A DNA stretch of 63,825 bases, filler included, from Octopus bimaculoides (Eukaryota), in assembly GCF_001194135.2 (NCBI RefSeq). It is 7 parts of 7 records of this genome, joined end to end, with 100 filler letters (N's around TTAATTAATTAA, not from the genome) between each part and the next. Parts side by side here need not be neighbours in the genome. Positions count along the whole stretch, not along the records: positions 1 to 6,284 come from NC_069003.1; positions 6,385 to 14,916 come from NC_069004.1; 5 more parts are not named here. One strand, written 5' to 3'. Below, one piece after another: positions 1-11,569 of this stretch (position 1 is its first letter; each line of letters opens with the position of its first letter). Made by a program: the position numbers and the translations under genes. Below the pieces are notes generated by a model. It was not told the origin of the DNA. It saw only the letters and a list, made by a program, of their open reading frames with translations, and did not search any database.

Positions 1-165
1 GGCATTTCGTCTGTCTTTACGTTTTGAGTTCAAATTCCGCCGAGGTCGACTTTGCCTTTTATCATTTCGGGGTCGATAAATTAAGTACCAGTTGCGTACT
101 GAGGTCGATCTAATCGACTAGCCTCCTCCCACAAAATTTCGGGCCTTGTGCCTAGAGCAGAAAAG
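1..165 (+). mobile_element. tRNA-headed SINE family A, 5' part outside the window
   Basis: B-box-like GAGTTCAAATTCC, shared body (CGAGGTCGACTTTGCCTTT...AAGTACCAG) and 3' end CCTTGTGCCTAGAG..AGAAAAGAAT. Matches the copies at 3960, 4757, 20910 and 27113. Confidence 0.85.
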
Positions 166-319
166 AATATAACTGTATCATATAGCCATATTAGATATAA
201 CTGTTTTATATAGTTTTTCTGGTTACACCGTGTAACATGATTTTTGTCCTTGGGTAGCAACCGGCATTTCCTGTTTGCTTACCCCCTAGAAATTATGAAA
301 AATAGCTAACTTTACTTTT

Positions 320-500
320 GTTACATTTATTCAAACCCCTCAAAATTCCTCTCAACACATGACTATGATACTCTCCCACTACTCCTGCTCATGATCAGAG
401 ATGCACATATTGTCAGCCATTAAGAGACACGCTCAAGTAGGTAAAGTCAAGGAAGTGACAAGCAAATCTGTGATACTGAGCAGAGTATTTGCTGTAACGA
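320..500 (-). mobile_element. Fragment of non-autonomous repeat family D
   Basis: Reverse-complement match to 8200-8380 (CCCACTACTCCTGCTC.TGATCAGAGAT...). Confidence 0.75.
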
Positions 501-551
501 TATTTCTGCTTCAGCAACTCAGCACTGAATCTATCTGAAATGTAATGGAAA

Positions 552-581
552 ATGAGTCAGTTTCAAAACATTGATGTCCAG
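552..581 (+). CDS. Possible coding part (MSQFQNIDVQ) of a candidate host exon 515-581
   Basis: Acceptor TATTTCTGCTTCAG at 514, AAAATG context, open frame to donor CAG|GTCAGA at 581/582. Splice signals only, no homology recognised. Confidence 0.2.
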
Positions 582-929
582 GTCAGAAAAGCAAAGTTTA
601 AAGAGAATAATTGTCATTTCCTCTGATTTCTAGATAGAAGCAAATAAGAAATAACATTTACTGACCAAAGATCAAAAAATATTTGTTACCTTGATACATA
701 TAATTGCTTCATATAGACACCTGAATATAATTGTTTTACACAGCCGCGTTCATTTTGTCTTTATCATATAGTCTTGACAGCACATCACTTTAATGTAACC
801 TTGCAAGCCTTGTACACATAACTATTTTATAAACTTGCTGAACATATCTATAATGCGAATCCTTGATGATTAAAAGCATTTTCTTTAATATAAATGTGTA
901 TAACTGTTTTATTTAACCTTATCTCATAA

Positions 930-1200
930 CAGAACTGGTACTCCGTCGGTTACGACGACGTGTGTTCCAGTTGATCTGACCTACGGAACAGCTGGCATGT
1001 GAAATTAACGTGCATGTGGCTGAGCACTCCACAGACATGCGTACAATTAATATAGTTCTCATGGAGATTCAGTTCGACAGCTGAATGAACTGGAACAACG
1101 TAAAATAAAGTGTCTTGCTCAAGGTCACAACGCACCGCCGGCATCCGAACTCACCACCGTGCGATCGCGAGCCGAATTCCCTAACCACTAAGCCACGCGA
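930..1200 (-). mobile_element. tRNA-headed SINE family E
   Basis: Minus strand begins CGTGGCTTAGTGGTTAGG (A box), then GAGTTCGGATGCC (B-box-like) and CCTTGAGCAAGACACTT, a typical SINE post-tRNA motif. Confidence 0.75.
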
Positions 1201-1711
1201 TAGCATTGCACAACAGTAATTTCAACGTAGCCTTGTTGAAGATAAGTGCTTTAATTTTCCTATATAAACTTGCATAATATAACTGTTTTACATAGATATA
1301 TTGAATATAAGTTATATAGCTTTACTGAGTATAACTGTTTTCTATTGCTTTGCAAAACACAAGTGTTTATAATAGATTTGCTGGACATAATTGCTTCTTA
1401 TAACCATGCTGAATACAATCTTGATATAGACTTACTTAATATAACTGTTTCGTATTGCCTTGTTGTACGTAACTTCTATATATTGTCCTGCTAAATCTGT
1501 TTATAGAGCTCTAGAGCCCTGCCGAATAATCTGTTTATAGAGCCCTGCTGTTTATAAAGCCTTGTTGTTTATAACAGCTTTATGTAATCTTCCTGGATAT
1601 AACTGCTTTATATAGCTTTGCTAAATATAGCTGTTTTAATCTTTGCAGAGCATAAATCATTAATGCATCCTTGTTTACCACAACTGTTAGATATATCTTT
1701 GCTGAATATCG

Positions 1712-1874
1712 GCGCAGATGTGGCTGTGAGGTTAAGAAATTTGTTTCCCAACCACATGATTCCAGGTTCAGTCTCGCAGCGGAGCACCTTGAGCAAGTGT
1801 CTTTTACTATTGCTCTTGGCCGACCAAAGCCTTGTGAGTGGATTTAGTCGACGGAAACAAGAAGAAACCCGTCG

Positions 1875-1914
<40 letters not shown>

Positions 1915-2130
1915 TGCGTGCGTGCGTGTGTGCGTGTGTTTGCGTTTGTCCCCCGCCACCACTTGACAACCGAAATTAGAATGTTTACGTCCTTGCAACT
2001 TAGCGGTTCGGCAAAACAGACCAACAAAATGAATATCAAGCTTTAAAAAAATAAGCCCTGGGGTCGATTCATTCAACTAAAGCCCTTCGAGTTGGTTCCC
2101 CAACATGGCCACAATCCAATGATTGAAGCA
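1712..2130 (+). mobile_element. SINE family B (tRNA head + internal TA/TG microsatellite + 3' tail), diverged copy
   Basis: Colinear with the intact copies at 50873 and 52488. Confidence 0.85.
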
Positions 2131-2752
2131 AATAAAAAATATGAAATACCTGTTTTTATATCCCCCTTGCTGAATATCACAGTTTGATATCGCTTTGCAT
2201 AACATAACTTTTTAAAGTGAGTAGAACTATTCTATATAGTTTTGACGAGCAGAGCTTATTCAATAAGGCTTACTGAATATAGCTGTTTTATATTACCTTG
2301 CCTTACAGAAATGTCTTATGAAATATGGTTGTATGATGTCTCCTTTTGCTATTACATAGCTGCTCTTAATCATAAATAGCTACACGTGGCTACATATTGC
2401 TACATTCAACTATATATAGATGCATTTCAATATATAGCTACAGTGTCGGCTATACATGTATAGTTAAATTACGAATTAAAAGCAGCGTAAACATTATCGG
2501 TCGCACATACGTAGTGTATGTGTTTTATTTATGTGCTCATTTGTTGCGGAATAGCGTCAAGGGAAAGCTCTCTACACGAATGATAGATATAGATATTTCG
2601 TCGTTATTTTGGCTTATCAATACTAGGTATTGACCAAAAGAACCGGCTATTGTAAGCAAAAATAGATACTGAAAAAATGCATTTGGCTAAATTTGGACAT
2701 ACGATAGTTTAACATAATAGCAACGATATCTACATGTGTGTGTGTGTGTGCG

Positions 2753-2787
<35 letters not shown>

Positions 2788-2829
2788 CTGTTTTCCCCCG
2801 ACTATCGCTTACAAGTACAACTCATTTTT

Positions 2830-3057
2830 GCCAGCTGAGTGATGTTCATAAACCGATAATCTCTAACCACAAAGTCACGCGCCTTCGCTGGCCACATATA
2901 CTATCCCAGTCCCTACACTTATACAAAATTACCGGCCCAAAATCCCTGCATCAAATCATCAAAAGCTTCAATGACACGCCCATCACCGTTATTCGTTGTA
3001 TCAAATGCAAACTCTGCGCTGCATTTTACGTTGATGAAACTTGTCTTCGCCTGGTTG
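2830..3057 (-). mobile_element. Heavily decayed RTE-type LINE 3' ORF remnant
   Basis: Minus-strand translation weakly resembles the RTE C-terminus (..GQRRRVTLWLEII..). Many stops. Confidence 0.3.
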
Positions 3058-3959
3058 NNNNNNNNNNNNNNNNNNNNNNNNNNNNNNNNNNNNNNNNNNN
3101 NNNNNNNNNNNNNNNNNNNNNNNNNNNNNNNNNNNNNNNNNNNNNNNNNNNNNNNNNNNNNNNNNNNNNNNNNNNNNNNNNNNNNNNNNNNNNNNNNNNN
3201 NNNNNNNNNNNNNNNNNNNNNNNNNNNNNNNNNNNNNNNNNNNNNNNNNNNNNNNNNNNNNNNNNNNNNNNNNNNNNNNNNNNNNNNNNNNNNNNNNNNN
3301 NNNNNNNNNNNNNNNNNNNNNNNNNNNNNNNNNNNNNNNNNNNNNNNNNNNNNNNNNNNNNNNNNNNNNNNNNNNNNNNNNNNNNNNNNNNNNNNNNNNN
3401 NNNNNNNNNNNNNNNNNNNNNNNNNNNNNNNNNNNNNNNNNNNNNNNNNNNNNNNNNNNNNNNNNNNNNNNNNNNNNNNNNNNNNNNNNNNNNNNNNNNN
3501 NNNNNNNNNNNNNNNNNNNNNNNNNNNNNNNNNNNNNNNNNNNNNNNNNNNNNNNNNNNNNNNNNNNNNNNNNNNNNNNNNNNNNNNNNNNNNNNNNNNN
3601 NNNNNNNNNNNNNNNNNNNNNNNNNNNNNNNNNNNNNNNNNNNNNNNNNNNNNNNNNNNNNNNNNNNNNNNNNNNNNNNNNNNNNNNNNNNNNNNNNNNN
3701 NNNNNNNNNNNNNNNNNNNNNNNNNNNNNNNNNNNNNNNNNNNNNNNNNNNNNNNNNNNNNNNNNNNNNNNNNNNNNNNNNNNNNNNNNNNNNNNNNNNN
3801 NNNNNNNNNNNNNNNNNNNNNNNNNNNNNNNNNNNNNNNNNNNNNNNNNNNNNNNNNNNNNNNNNNNNNNNNNNNNNNNNNNNNNNNNNNNNNNNNNNNN
3901 NNNNNNNNNNNNNNNNNNNNNNNNNNNNNNNNNNNNNNNNNNNNNNTAATTCTATTTCT

Positions 3960-4170
3960 ACAGTGGCGAGTTGGCAGAACCGTTAGCACGTCGGCTCACA
4001 TGCTTTGCAGCATTTCTTTCGACTCTTTACGTTCTGAGCTCAAATTCTGCCGAGGTCAACTTTGCCTTTCATCCTTTCGGGATCGATAATATAAGTACCA
4101 GTTAAATACTAGGGTTGATGCAATCGACTTCGTGCTTCCTTTAAAATTACCCTTGTGCCTAGAGTCGAAA
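3960..4170 (+). mobile_element. SINE family A
   Basis: GGCGAGTTGGCAGAACCGTTAGCACG head, B box, conserved body and tail. Confidence 0.85.
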
Positions 4171-4402
4171 AGTTTATTAATGTTGTTCCTATTATTAGAT
4201 TTATTTTATTTTATTTTTCGAGTGGCTGTGCGGTAAGTAGCTTGCTGCTGCTGTTTCCTTTATTCTTGTTTTCGAAACTACTTGAGTGTTTGGGTCATTT
4301 TCTTCAATCAAATGTTCGCTTTTCTGTTCCTTTTTCTTCTTGTAGATTCTTTTTCTTTTATGCATTTCAGCCCAACAATTGTAGCCATGAAAACAGAAAT
4401 GC

Positions 4403-4451
4403 CTCTCCGGCAGGGAATCGGACTCTGATCTCCCGCGTGACAAGCGGGGAT
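4403..4451 (-). pseudogene. tRNA-Asp(GTC) pseudogene, 3' two-thirds only
   Basis: Minus strand ATCCCCGCTTGTCACGCGGGAGATCAGAGTCCGATTCCCTGCCGGAGAG matches the eukaryotic tRNA-Asp anticodon and T arms. The D arm and 5' acceptor are unrecognisable. Confidence 0.75.
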
Positions 4452-4756
4452 TCTTGTAAATTCAGCTGTCGTATTTTGCTATGTAGCAAAATTCTGTGTG
4501 GTAGCCATTTTGGATGTGAAAATGTAGTGTGTAAATAAAATTTTAAAGGTTTACTCTCTCTTTTACTTGTTTCAGTCATTTCACTGCGGCCATGCTGGAG
4601 CAAACTTTTTTCTCTTCTTTTTTTTATTTATTACCCAGGTATCGAACACAGGGCCTTCCCCAGGCATTTCTAGTTCTCGGTAATATTTGAATAAAATGTG
4701 TTTCGAAGGGAGTAACAAAATGAAGCATTCAGACTACGAAAATCAAATATAATAAT

Positions 4757-4978
4757 AACAGTGTTTTCTACTCTAGGCACAAGGCCCGGAATTTTGGGGG
4801 AGGGAACCAGTCGATTAGATCGATCTCAGTACACAACTGGTACTTAATTTATCGACCCCGAAAGGATGAAAGGTAAAGTAGACCTCGGCGGGATTTGAAC
4901 TCAGAACGTAAAGACAGACGTAACACAGCTAAGCATTTTGCCCGGCGAGCTAACGACTCTGCCAGCTCGACGCCTTAG
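4757..4978 (-). mobile_element. SINE family A, near full length
   Basis: Reverse complement of family A from GGCGTCGAGCTGGCAGAG to AGAGTAGAAAA. Confidence 0.9.
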
Positions 4979-4984
4979 TATGTA

Positions 4985-5015
<31 letters not shown>

Positions 5016-5049
5016 TAGCAACAACAACAGCGTAAGAATTTCTTTATGC

Positions 5050-5525
5050 CACAAGGAGGCCTGTCAAAGATCATGAAGAAAAAAAATGCTTTCTAATTGA
5101 TGTATCAATACCAGCAGATGACAACGTTTCCCTAAAAGAAAATGGAAAAACTTTCAAAATACAAACACCTGGAAATAGAGGTAACTCGAATGTGGAATCT
5201 ACAAACAGAAACAATTCCTATCATAGTAGGCGCATTAGGTATGATAAAAAAAATATTCTGACAAATACATAACAAAAANNNNNNNNNNNNNNNNNNNNNN
5301 NNNNNNNNNNNNNNNNNNNNNNNNNNNNNNNNNNNNNNNACCAGGACTTACAAATATATTTAACATACAGAAAATTGCACTACTGGGCACTGCACACATC
5401 CTACGCAAAACACTTTCAATACAGTAACCATAAGAGCATCACAGCAAACCACAGCACATATCCAAGGCGCACAGAGCTGCGCTCGGTAGTGAAGTGAAAG
5501 CACGTTATAAAAATAAAACTACTGA
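5050..5525 (+). mobile_element. R4/Dong-clade non-LTR retrotransposon 3' end (restriction-like endonuclease + 3' UTR)
   Basis: Frameshifted translation ..CFLIDVSIPADDNV..KYKHLEIEVTRMWNL..IPIIVGALG..QKIALLGTAHILRK. (TAA)n at both ends. Confidence 0.85.
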
Positions 5526-5619
5526 ACAATAATAATAATAAGAGCAACAACAATAACGTAAGAATTTCTTTATGTCACAAAGAGACCAGATGAGTTGGCA
5601 TTACAAGTACAATTTACCT

Positions 5620-5740
5620 TGATGATGGTGACAACGATCATGATGTTGGTGGTGGTGTTGGTGGTGGTAACGATGATGATGATGAAGAGGAGGAGGATGA
5701 AGACAGATGATGAAGACGATGAGGATGATGATGACGATTG
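5620..5740. repeat. Compound GAT/GGT/GAG trinucleotide tract
   Basis: Directly visible. Confidence 0.9.
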
Positions 5741-5799
5741 AAATACAGTACAATCAGGAGACACTTGGTGTAGAAGGACCAAATCTTTAGGCGAGAAAC

Positions 5800-5940
5800 G
5801 CTGCCATTAAAACCATTCTCTTCCTTGGAACCTTATTAATTCCACTGAGTACCTTAATTTTACCGTTTTACTCACCAAGTTCTTTGGAAGTCTATTCAAA
5901 ATCTTCCACTTCTTCAGGAAAGAATTTATTCTTCATTACG
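5800..5940 (-). mobile_element. CR1/L2-type LINE 3' remnant
   Basis: Minus strand translates ..NSFLKKWKILNRLPKNLV.., resembling the WNxLP C-terminal motif. Confidence 0.35.
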
Positions 5941-6115
5941 TGATGAACACTAACAAAAAAAAAGTATAAGTATCACATATGTGTGTGTGTGCGTGTGCAC
6001 GTATGTGTGTGTGTATACGTGTGTATGTATGTATGTGTGTGTGTGTGTATATATATATATATTATATACGCACACACATATACATGCATATGTGCATTCA
6101 CACACACGCATACAT

Positions 6116-6206
<91 letters not shown>

Positions 6207-6328
6207 CATGAAACGCGCGCGAACACACACACACACACGCACACACGTATATATATATATGATGTGCGCTCACATATAAGTATANNNNNNNNNNNNNNNN
6301 NNNNNNNNNNNNNNNNNNNNNNNNNNNN

Positions 6329-6340
6329 TTAATTAATTAA
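6329..6340. other. Assembly spacer TTAATTAATTAA between N runs (also ~14961, 20555, 44426, 49088, 60819)
   Basis: An identical 12-mer with stops in all six frames, always surrounded by Ns. Confidence 0.9.
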
Positions 6341-6521
6341 NNNNNNNNNNNNNNNNNNNNNNNNNNNNNNNNNNNNNNNNNNNNTACAATGAGGTGTTAT
6401 AATCACAACAGCAAGAAAGTATGTACATGATCACCTTCTTTTACGAAACTTCATTGACTTTCATATATTTATATTGATATACATATATATACGTGTGTTT
6501 GGGTGCGTGTGTGTATATACA

Positions 6522-6612
6522 TCTCTATATATAAAGATGATGCGTAGTCTAGAGGGCGTTTTTAGATTTCATTATTCTCTTTAACCCGGTCAACGCCGGG
6601 TATTTCTGCTAG
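6522..6612 (+). mobile_element. Minimal non-autonomous Helitron (~90 bp)
   Basis: Starts TC after A. Subterminal hairpin ACCCGG-TCAACG-CCGGGT (6584-6601), ends CTAG followed by T. The 5' end resembles 45267 and 60420. Confidence 0.7.
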
Positions 6613-6652
<40 letters not shown>

Positions 6653-6761
6653 TCTATTTATCTAATAGCGAGGTCTCATTATTTTGTTACTTTTTATAAT
6701 AATAATAATAATAATTATTATTATTATTATATGTGTATATATGTATATATATATGCACGTA

Positions 6762-6820
<59 letters not shown>

Positions 6821-6989
6821 ATAGATGCATACACACATACATAAAAAATACGGTAAGCCTATAACAATAGTAATGGAACAAAAGTACTCCCAAAGATGGT
6901 TTCACAGTTCAAAATTCGTCGACGACGACGACTGCAATCTTCTACGATGTAAACAAAAATACCCAGCAACTTGTGTGTGAGTATTACAT

Positions 6990-8060
6990 GAGCTGAATCC
7001 AGTTTAAGAATATATCATGGTTGTTGCATGTCTCCTTACTTGAAGAATTTATCACGAAACGAACTCTAAAGAACGAGACATCTATATTTCGCGAAGGGCA
7101 GAACTGGTTTCTGTATACTTTCAAAAGGAACAGTTGAAGAAAGCTTTGAAGGACAATGTACTCCATTGGAAGGAGTATGGAATGTGGACATGTATGACTG
7201 GTCATCAGAACTGAAGACGAAGTAAGAAAGCAGGCTGAACAGGTGTACCACTCACCTGATCGTAGGCTGGTGCATCGATACATAAGACGGTATAACAAGA
7301 GGGCCACAGTAGAGAACATTGGTGGTGCCCCTGATGTTTGGCCTTCAACATGTTTGCAGCATAGATGGGTGACCACCGAAATGATACGAAATTACATGTA
7401 GTCGGGTGAGATCTGCATGGACATGAAAGATTCAGATGAAACCCGAAAACAGCAAAGTTATCATAGAGATCTACCTTATTGTTGGCGCAGGGAGAAAGGT
7501 GTTCAGATCGCTGGCGTAGAGCAGAAGCCTTAGTTGTTATATATGTGGAAGTAAGAATCACCTGAGAGACTTCTACCCAGAGGAAAGGCAGAGAAAGAGA
7601 GAGAGTGGACAAAAGGTGATGCAGTGATAATAAAAGTAGATGATAATAGTTGACGTTTCCAGAGCATCATCGGTTGCAGCTGCGAGGATGGCGGAAGAGA
7701 TCGCTTTGAGCTCAATGTCTGAAGCCGATGACCAGGGATCCCCTTTCCCGGTTATAGCCAATAGTAATACTCCATTGAGATGGAGGATGAACAAGGGAGT
7801 ATGAACAGTCGTGGACAGTGGGAGTTCTCCATAAAAAGTGAATTCAATACGAAGGCGAATAAGACATGCGAGGAGTAGTCCCTTTGCGAGGGGTTTGAAT
7901 GAATTGCTGGAAGGTGAATAAAAAGTGGAGATTGAAGAGGAAGTGGATTTCCATTATTTGGATCTATTAGTGACAGATTGCTAACAAGAATCAATTTAAG
8001 AGCTATAAAAGTGAAAGGTGGGCTGGATTGTAAAGTATTCTGATGAAATCGAGGTGTGTA
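6990..8060 (+). mobile_element. Decayed Ty3/gypsy-like gag-protease relic
   Basis: Zinc knuckle CYICGSKNHLRDFY (CX2CX4HX4C with last C>Y) at 7535-7576, followed by aspartic protease motif TVVDSGSS at 7805-7828. Many stops. Confidence 0.6.
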
Positions 8061-8139
8061 GCTGTACTGGCGTTATTTGTTTAGTGTTATTTTATTAATA
8101 CCTGTTTATTTGATAATAAGAACAACTTATTGGAAGTGT

Positions 8140-8659
8140 CAACATAATCTTAACTGATTGGAAGTGTTAATGTGTACATGTTTTGTGCTGGTGTAAAATA
8201 TGGGTTACAGTAAATAGTCTGCTGAATACCAAGGATTTCCTTGTCAGTTGCTTGACCTTAACCAGTTGAGCATGTCCCTTGGTGGTTGACGATATATGTA
8301 TCTCTGATCAAGAGCAGGAGTAGTGGGGGAGCATCATAGCTTTGTGTTTAGGGGAATTCTTTGGGGTTTGAATAATTCACCCCTGGAAACATAGATGTTT
8401 TGTTCATCATCCTTAAACAACACTCATTCAGGGACCTTTCTGAGCGGAATGGGCTACTCGACCTGAAGAAAATTCTAACTGGGTCCCACCTGCAAGATCA
8501 TGCGCAGTTTATCCTGATATGAGGTTGCTATGTTGCGTACTTATGGTTGTGTGTGATGCATGTGCCTGGTGTACCCTTATCAGATGTGTAGTCATGATGG
8601 GTATATTGGGCTTCGTAAATTTTACTCGTGTCACTTTGATGGCATGCACTGCTTCAATG

Positions 8660-8660
<1 letters not shown>
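8140..8660 (+). mobile_element. Non-autonomous repeat family D ending in (TAA)n
   Basis: The internal part matches 320-500. The 3' end GATGGGTATATTGGGCTTCGTA...GGCATGCACTGC matches 33241-33300. Confidence 0.75.
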
Positions 8661-8734
<74 letters not shown>

Positions 8735-8736
<2 letters not shown>

Positions 8737-9490
8737 AGCACTATACTGGCAGCACAAGACCAAGCTTTGGCCACGAATTGGAGGGTCAACCTTAGTAATG
8801 AGCAAGTGTCTCCGCCGTGCCGCATCTGCAATAGAGTTGCACATATCATGAAGGAATGTCCTAGACTTGTCCCAAACCACTACAGCTTGTGGCGACACGA
8901 TCAAGTAGCGGAAGTGCTACATTGGAAGCTGTGCGAAAAGTGGGGGCTAGAGAAAGGAAAGACGTGGTATGAGCACAAACTGCAGAGAGTGCAGGAGTCG
9001 GAGACTAACAAAGTCCTCTGGGATTTCCCAATCCAAACAGATCAGGTGTTAGAGCATAACAACCAGACCTAGTGGTGGTGGACAACGTGCACCACATATG
9101 TTATCTAGTTGATGTTGCATGCCACTTTGACCTACGAACAGTCAAGAACGAAAGCGAAAAGATAGATAAATATAATCCTTTTAAGTACGAAATAGCCCGG
9201 CTATGGAAAATTAAGAAGGTGAAGATAGTGCCAATTATTGTTGGGTCCTTGAGAACAGTATCAGAAGACATCAAGAGGAATATAAAGGAAATTGGAATAG
9301 AGTGCCCAGTAAAACTGTTACAAAAGGTTTGCTTCCTTTGGCACGGCCAGAATAATCAGGAAAGTATTAGATAGCTGAAAGGAACGGATAGCATGGTACC
9401 GTAGGCTGCAGGGTGTAAGCCCGCTACGCAGGCAAGACTCCAGGAGCTCCAACAAAACCTGTGATAAAGAGAAATAATGATAATAATGAT
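8735..9490 (+). mobile_element. R4/Dong-clade LINE 3' portion (CCHC finger + RLE)
   Basis: AAQDQAL..CRIC..HIMKEC..RHDQVAEVLHW..VLWDF..LVDVAC..IVPIIVGSL. 5' junction in (TAA)n, 3' end in TAA/TGA repeats. Confidence 0.9.
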
Positions 9491-9714
9491 AATTCCAGTT
9501 ACTTTGCCATCAGAAACCATTCATACAAACTGCAATTTGTTACAAATACAACGAGTGGGCACGGATACCTGTGGAGATACACATAGCGCAGTGAGACAAC
9601 AGTTTATACTCGGACGTTTTTAATATATTTATTAAACGCGATGAGCTGCCAGAATAATTAGCAATCCGGACAAAATTGTTCAGCGGAATTTCGCTAGTCT
9701 TTAGGTTATTACTT

Positions 9715-9840
9715 TAGTTCGACTTTGCCTTACTTTCCGGGTAGATGATATAATTACCAGTTGAGCATTGGGGTCGATGTAATTGACTATCCCCCTCCTC
9801 ACAAATTCCATGCTTTACGCCTGTAGTAGAAAGGATTATC
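9715..9840 (+). mobile_element. SINE family A 3' fragment
   Basis: CGACTTTGCCTT..TACCAGTT..GGGGTCGATGTAATTGACT..AGTAGAAAGGATTAT. Confidence 0.7.
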
Positions 9841-9874
9841 CTCCTCCGCTTCCTCCTCCTCCTCCTCCTCGTCC

Positions 9875-9909
<35 letters not shown>

Positions 9910-10086
9910 ATCACCATAATCTTGGCAATGATAAAATAATAATGATTATGATGATAATGATGATAAAAAGGTCTCGAGGATTTAGCGTTAGGTTTTTGTA
10001 TCTCAAATAAAATACATAAAAATGGGTGCATGTTCCTACGCACGCGCGAGCGCACACATTTATGCGTGAATGCGCGCGTGTGTGTG

Positions 10087-10117
<31 letters not shown>

Positions 10118-11169
10118 NNNNNNNNNNNNNNNNNNNNNNNNNNNNNNNNNNNNNNNNNNNNNNNNNNNNNNNNNNNNNNNNNNNNNNNNNNNNNNNNNNN
10201 NNNNNNNNNNNNNNNNNNNNNNNNNNNNNNNNNNNNNNNNNNNNNNNNNNNNNNNNNNNNNNNNNNNNNNNNNNNNNNNNNNNNNNNNNNNNNNNNNNNN
10301 NNNNNNNNNNNNNNNNNNNNNNNNNNNNNNNNNNNNNNNNNNNNNNNNNNNNNNNNNNNNNNNNNNNNNNNNNNNNNNNNNNNNNNNNNNNNNNNNNNNN
10401 NNNNNNNNNNNNNNNNNNNNNNNNNNNNNNNNNNNNNNNNNNNNNNNNNNNNNNNNNNNNNNNNNNNNNNNNNNNNNNNNNNNNNNNNNNNNNNNNNNNN
10501 NNNNNNNNNNNNNNNNNNNNNNNNNNNNNNNNNNNNNNNNNNNNNNNNNNNNNNNNNNNNNNNNNNNNNNNNNNNNNNNNNNNNNNNNNNNNNNNNNNNN
10601 NNNNNNNNNNNNNNNNNNNATATATATATATATATAAATGCACTGATTCTATAAAATAAAATAAACACAAAAACGTCTTCGAGAAAAAGACGAGGTTGGA
10701 ATAGAACGACCCCCTCACATCCCCTCAGGAAATATCAAGTCACCTAGCGAGACCGACTGCCCTTCCAGCTGCCAGAAAGACAGTAATATTAAGAAGATCC
10801 AAAATTTATGACTTTCTCCTTTTGATAAAGCTAAACTCGGTGCAAACCCCTCCTCATACCTTTGAACACAGGCCACACCCTAATCAACTTCGGCGGTGTG
10901 TGCATGTTTCTTTGTTTCTGTGTAAGTGCGTGCGTGCGTGTGTGTGTGCGTGTATGTATGTATGTGTGTGTGCATTTGCGTATGTGTGCGTATGAGTATA
11001 TGTGTTTTGCGCAAGTGTAGTGTATTTATACGCAGATATACGTATATACATATATACTCATACGCACACATGTATGTGAGTGAATATTGTACGAATGTAT
11101 AAGCATGTGAACATGAATAAGCAAATGATAAAAAAAAAAAGAGATTAAAAAAGTTATACATATTTTTTA

Positions 11170-11390
11170 ATCTCTTTTTTTATCATTCGTTTCAGACTGT
11201 GGTCATGCTGGGGCACCACCTTGAATATTTTGTCGAATGAATCGACCTCAGAACTTCTTTTCTTAAAGCCGCTACTTATTCTATCGGTCTTTGTTTGCCG
11301 AGCGGCTAAGTTACTAGGACGTAAACACACCAGCACCGGTTGTCAAGCATTGATGGGGCACACAGACACAGACACAGACACATACATACA
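11170..11390 (-). mobile_element. SINE family B 3' half
   Basis: Reverse complement of the family B tail. Confidence 0.8.
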
Positions 11391-11569
11391 CATATACACA
11401 TATATTGTATCTTTTCTGTTTGGCTGCCGCTTTTCAATTTCTTTAATTTTTGTCCCAACCGATTTTATATCCTCTGATGTATTTTTGTATAGTAATCAGT
11501 GACATGAAATTCATGTGTGTGATTCTCCTTAGCAAAAGAAAAAAAATTGCGTACATTCAAAACTATTTG

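Larger units (their letters stand above)
160..2420. repeat. Decayed ~30-bp minisatellite (consensus approx. ATAGCCTTGCTGAATATAACTGTTTT), interrupted by SINEs
   Basis: Motif ATA(A/G)CTGTTTT recurs more than 10 times, e.g. near 196, 900, 1277, 1330, 1439, 1625 and 2279. Confidence 0.6.

Noticed and set aside
2736-4089. Long ORFs spanning N runs (also near 10k, 12k, 16k, 21k, 24.5k, 31.5k, 35k, 39.5k, 54k, 59.4k and 63k)
   Set aside because: They are open only because Ns translate as X.
4625-4655. tRNA T-arm-like fragment on the minus strand
   Set aside because: Only ~25 nt and no cloverleaf.
5950-6279. YI/CV/HT-repeat ORFs and poly-I/L/N/Y ORFs throughout
   Set aside because: Translations of TA, TG, TATG and TAA microsatellites, with no coding signal.
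6329-6340. Recurrent TTAATTAATTAA palindrome as a regulatory motif
   Set aside because: Always embedded in Ns; a scaffolding spacer.
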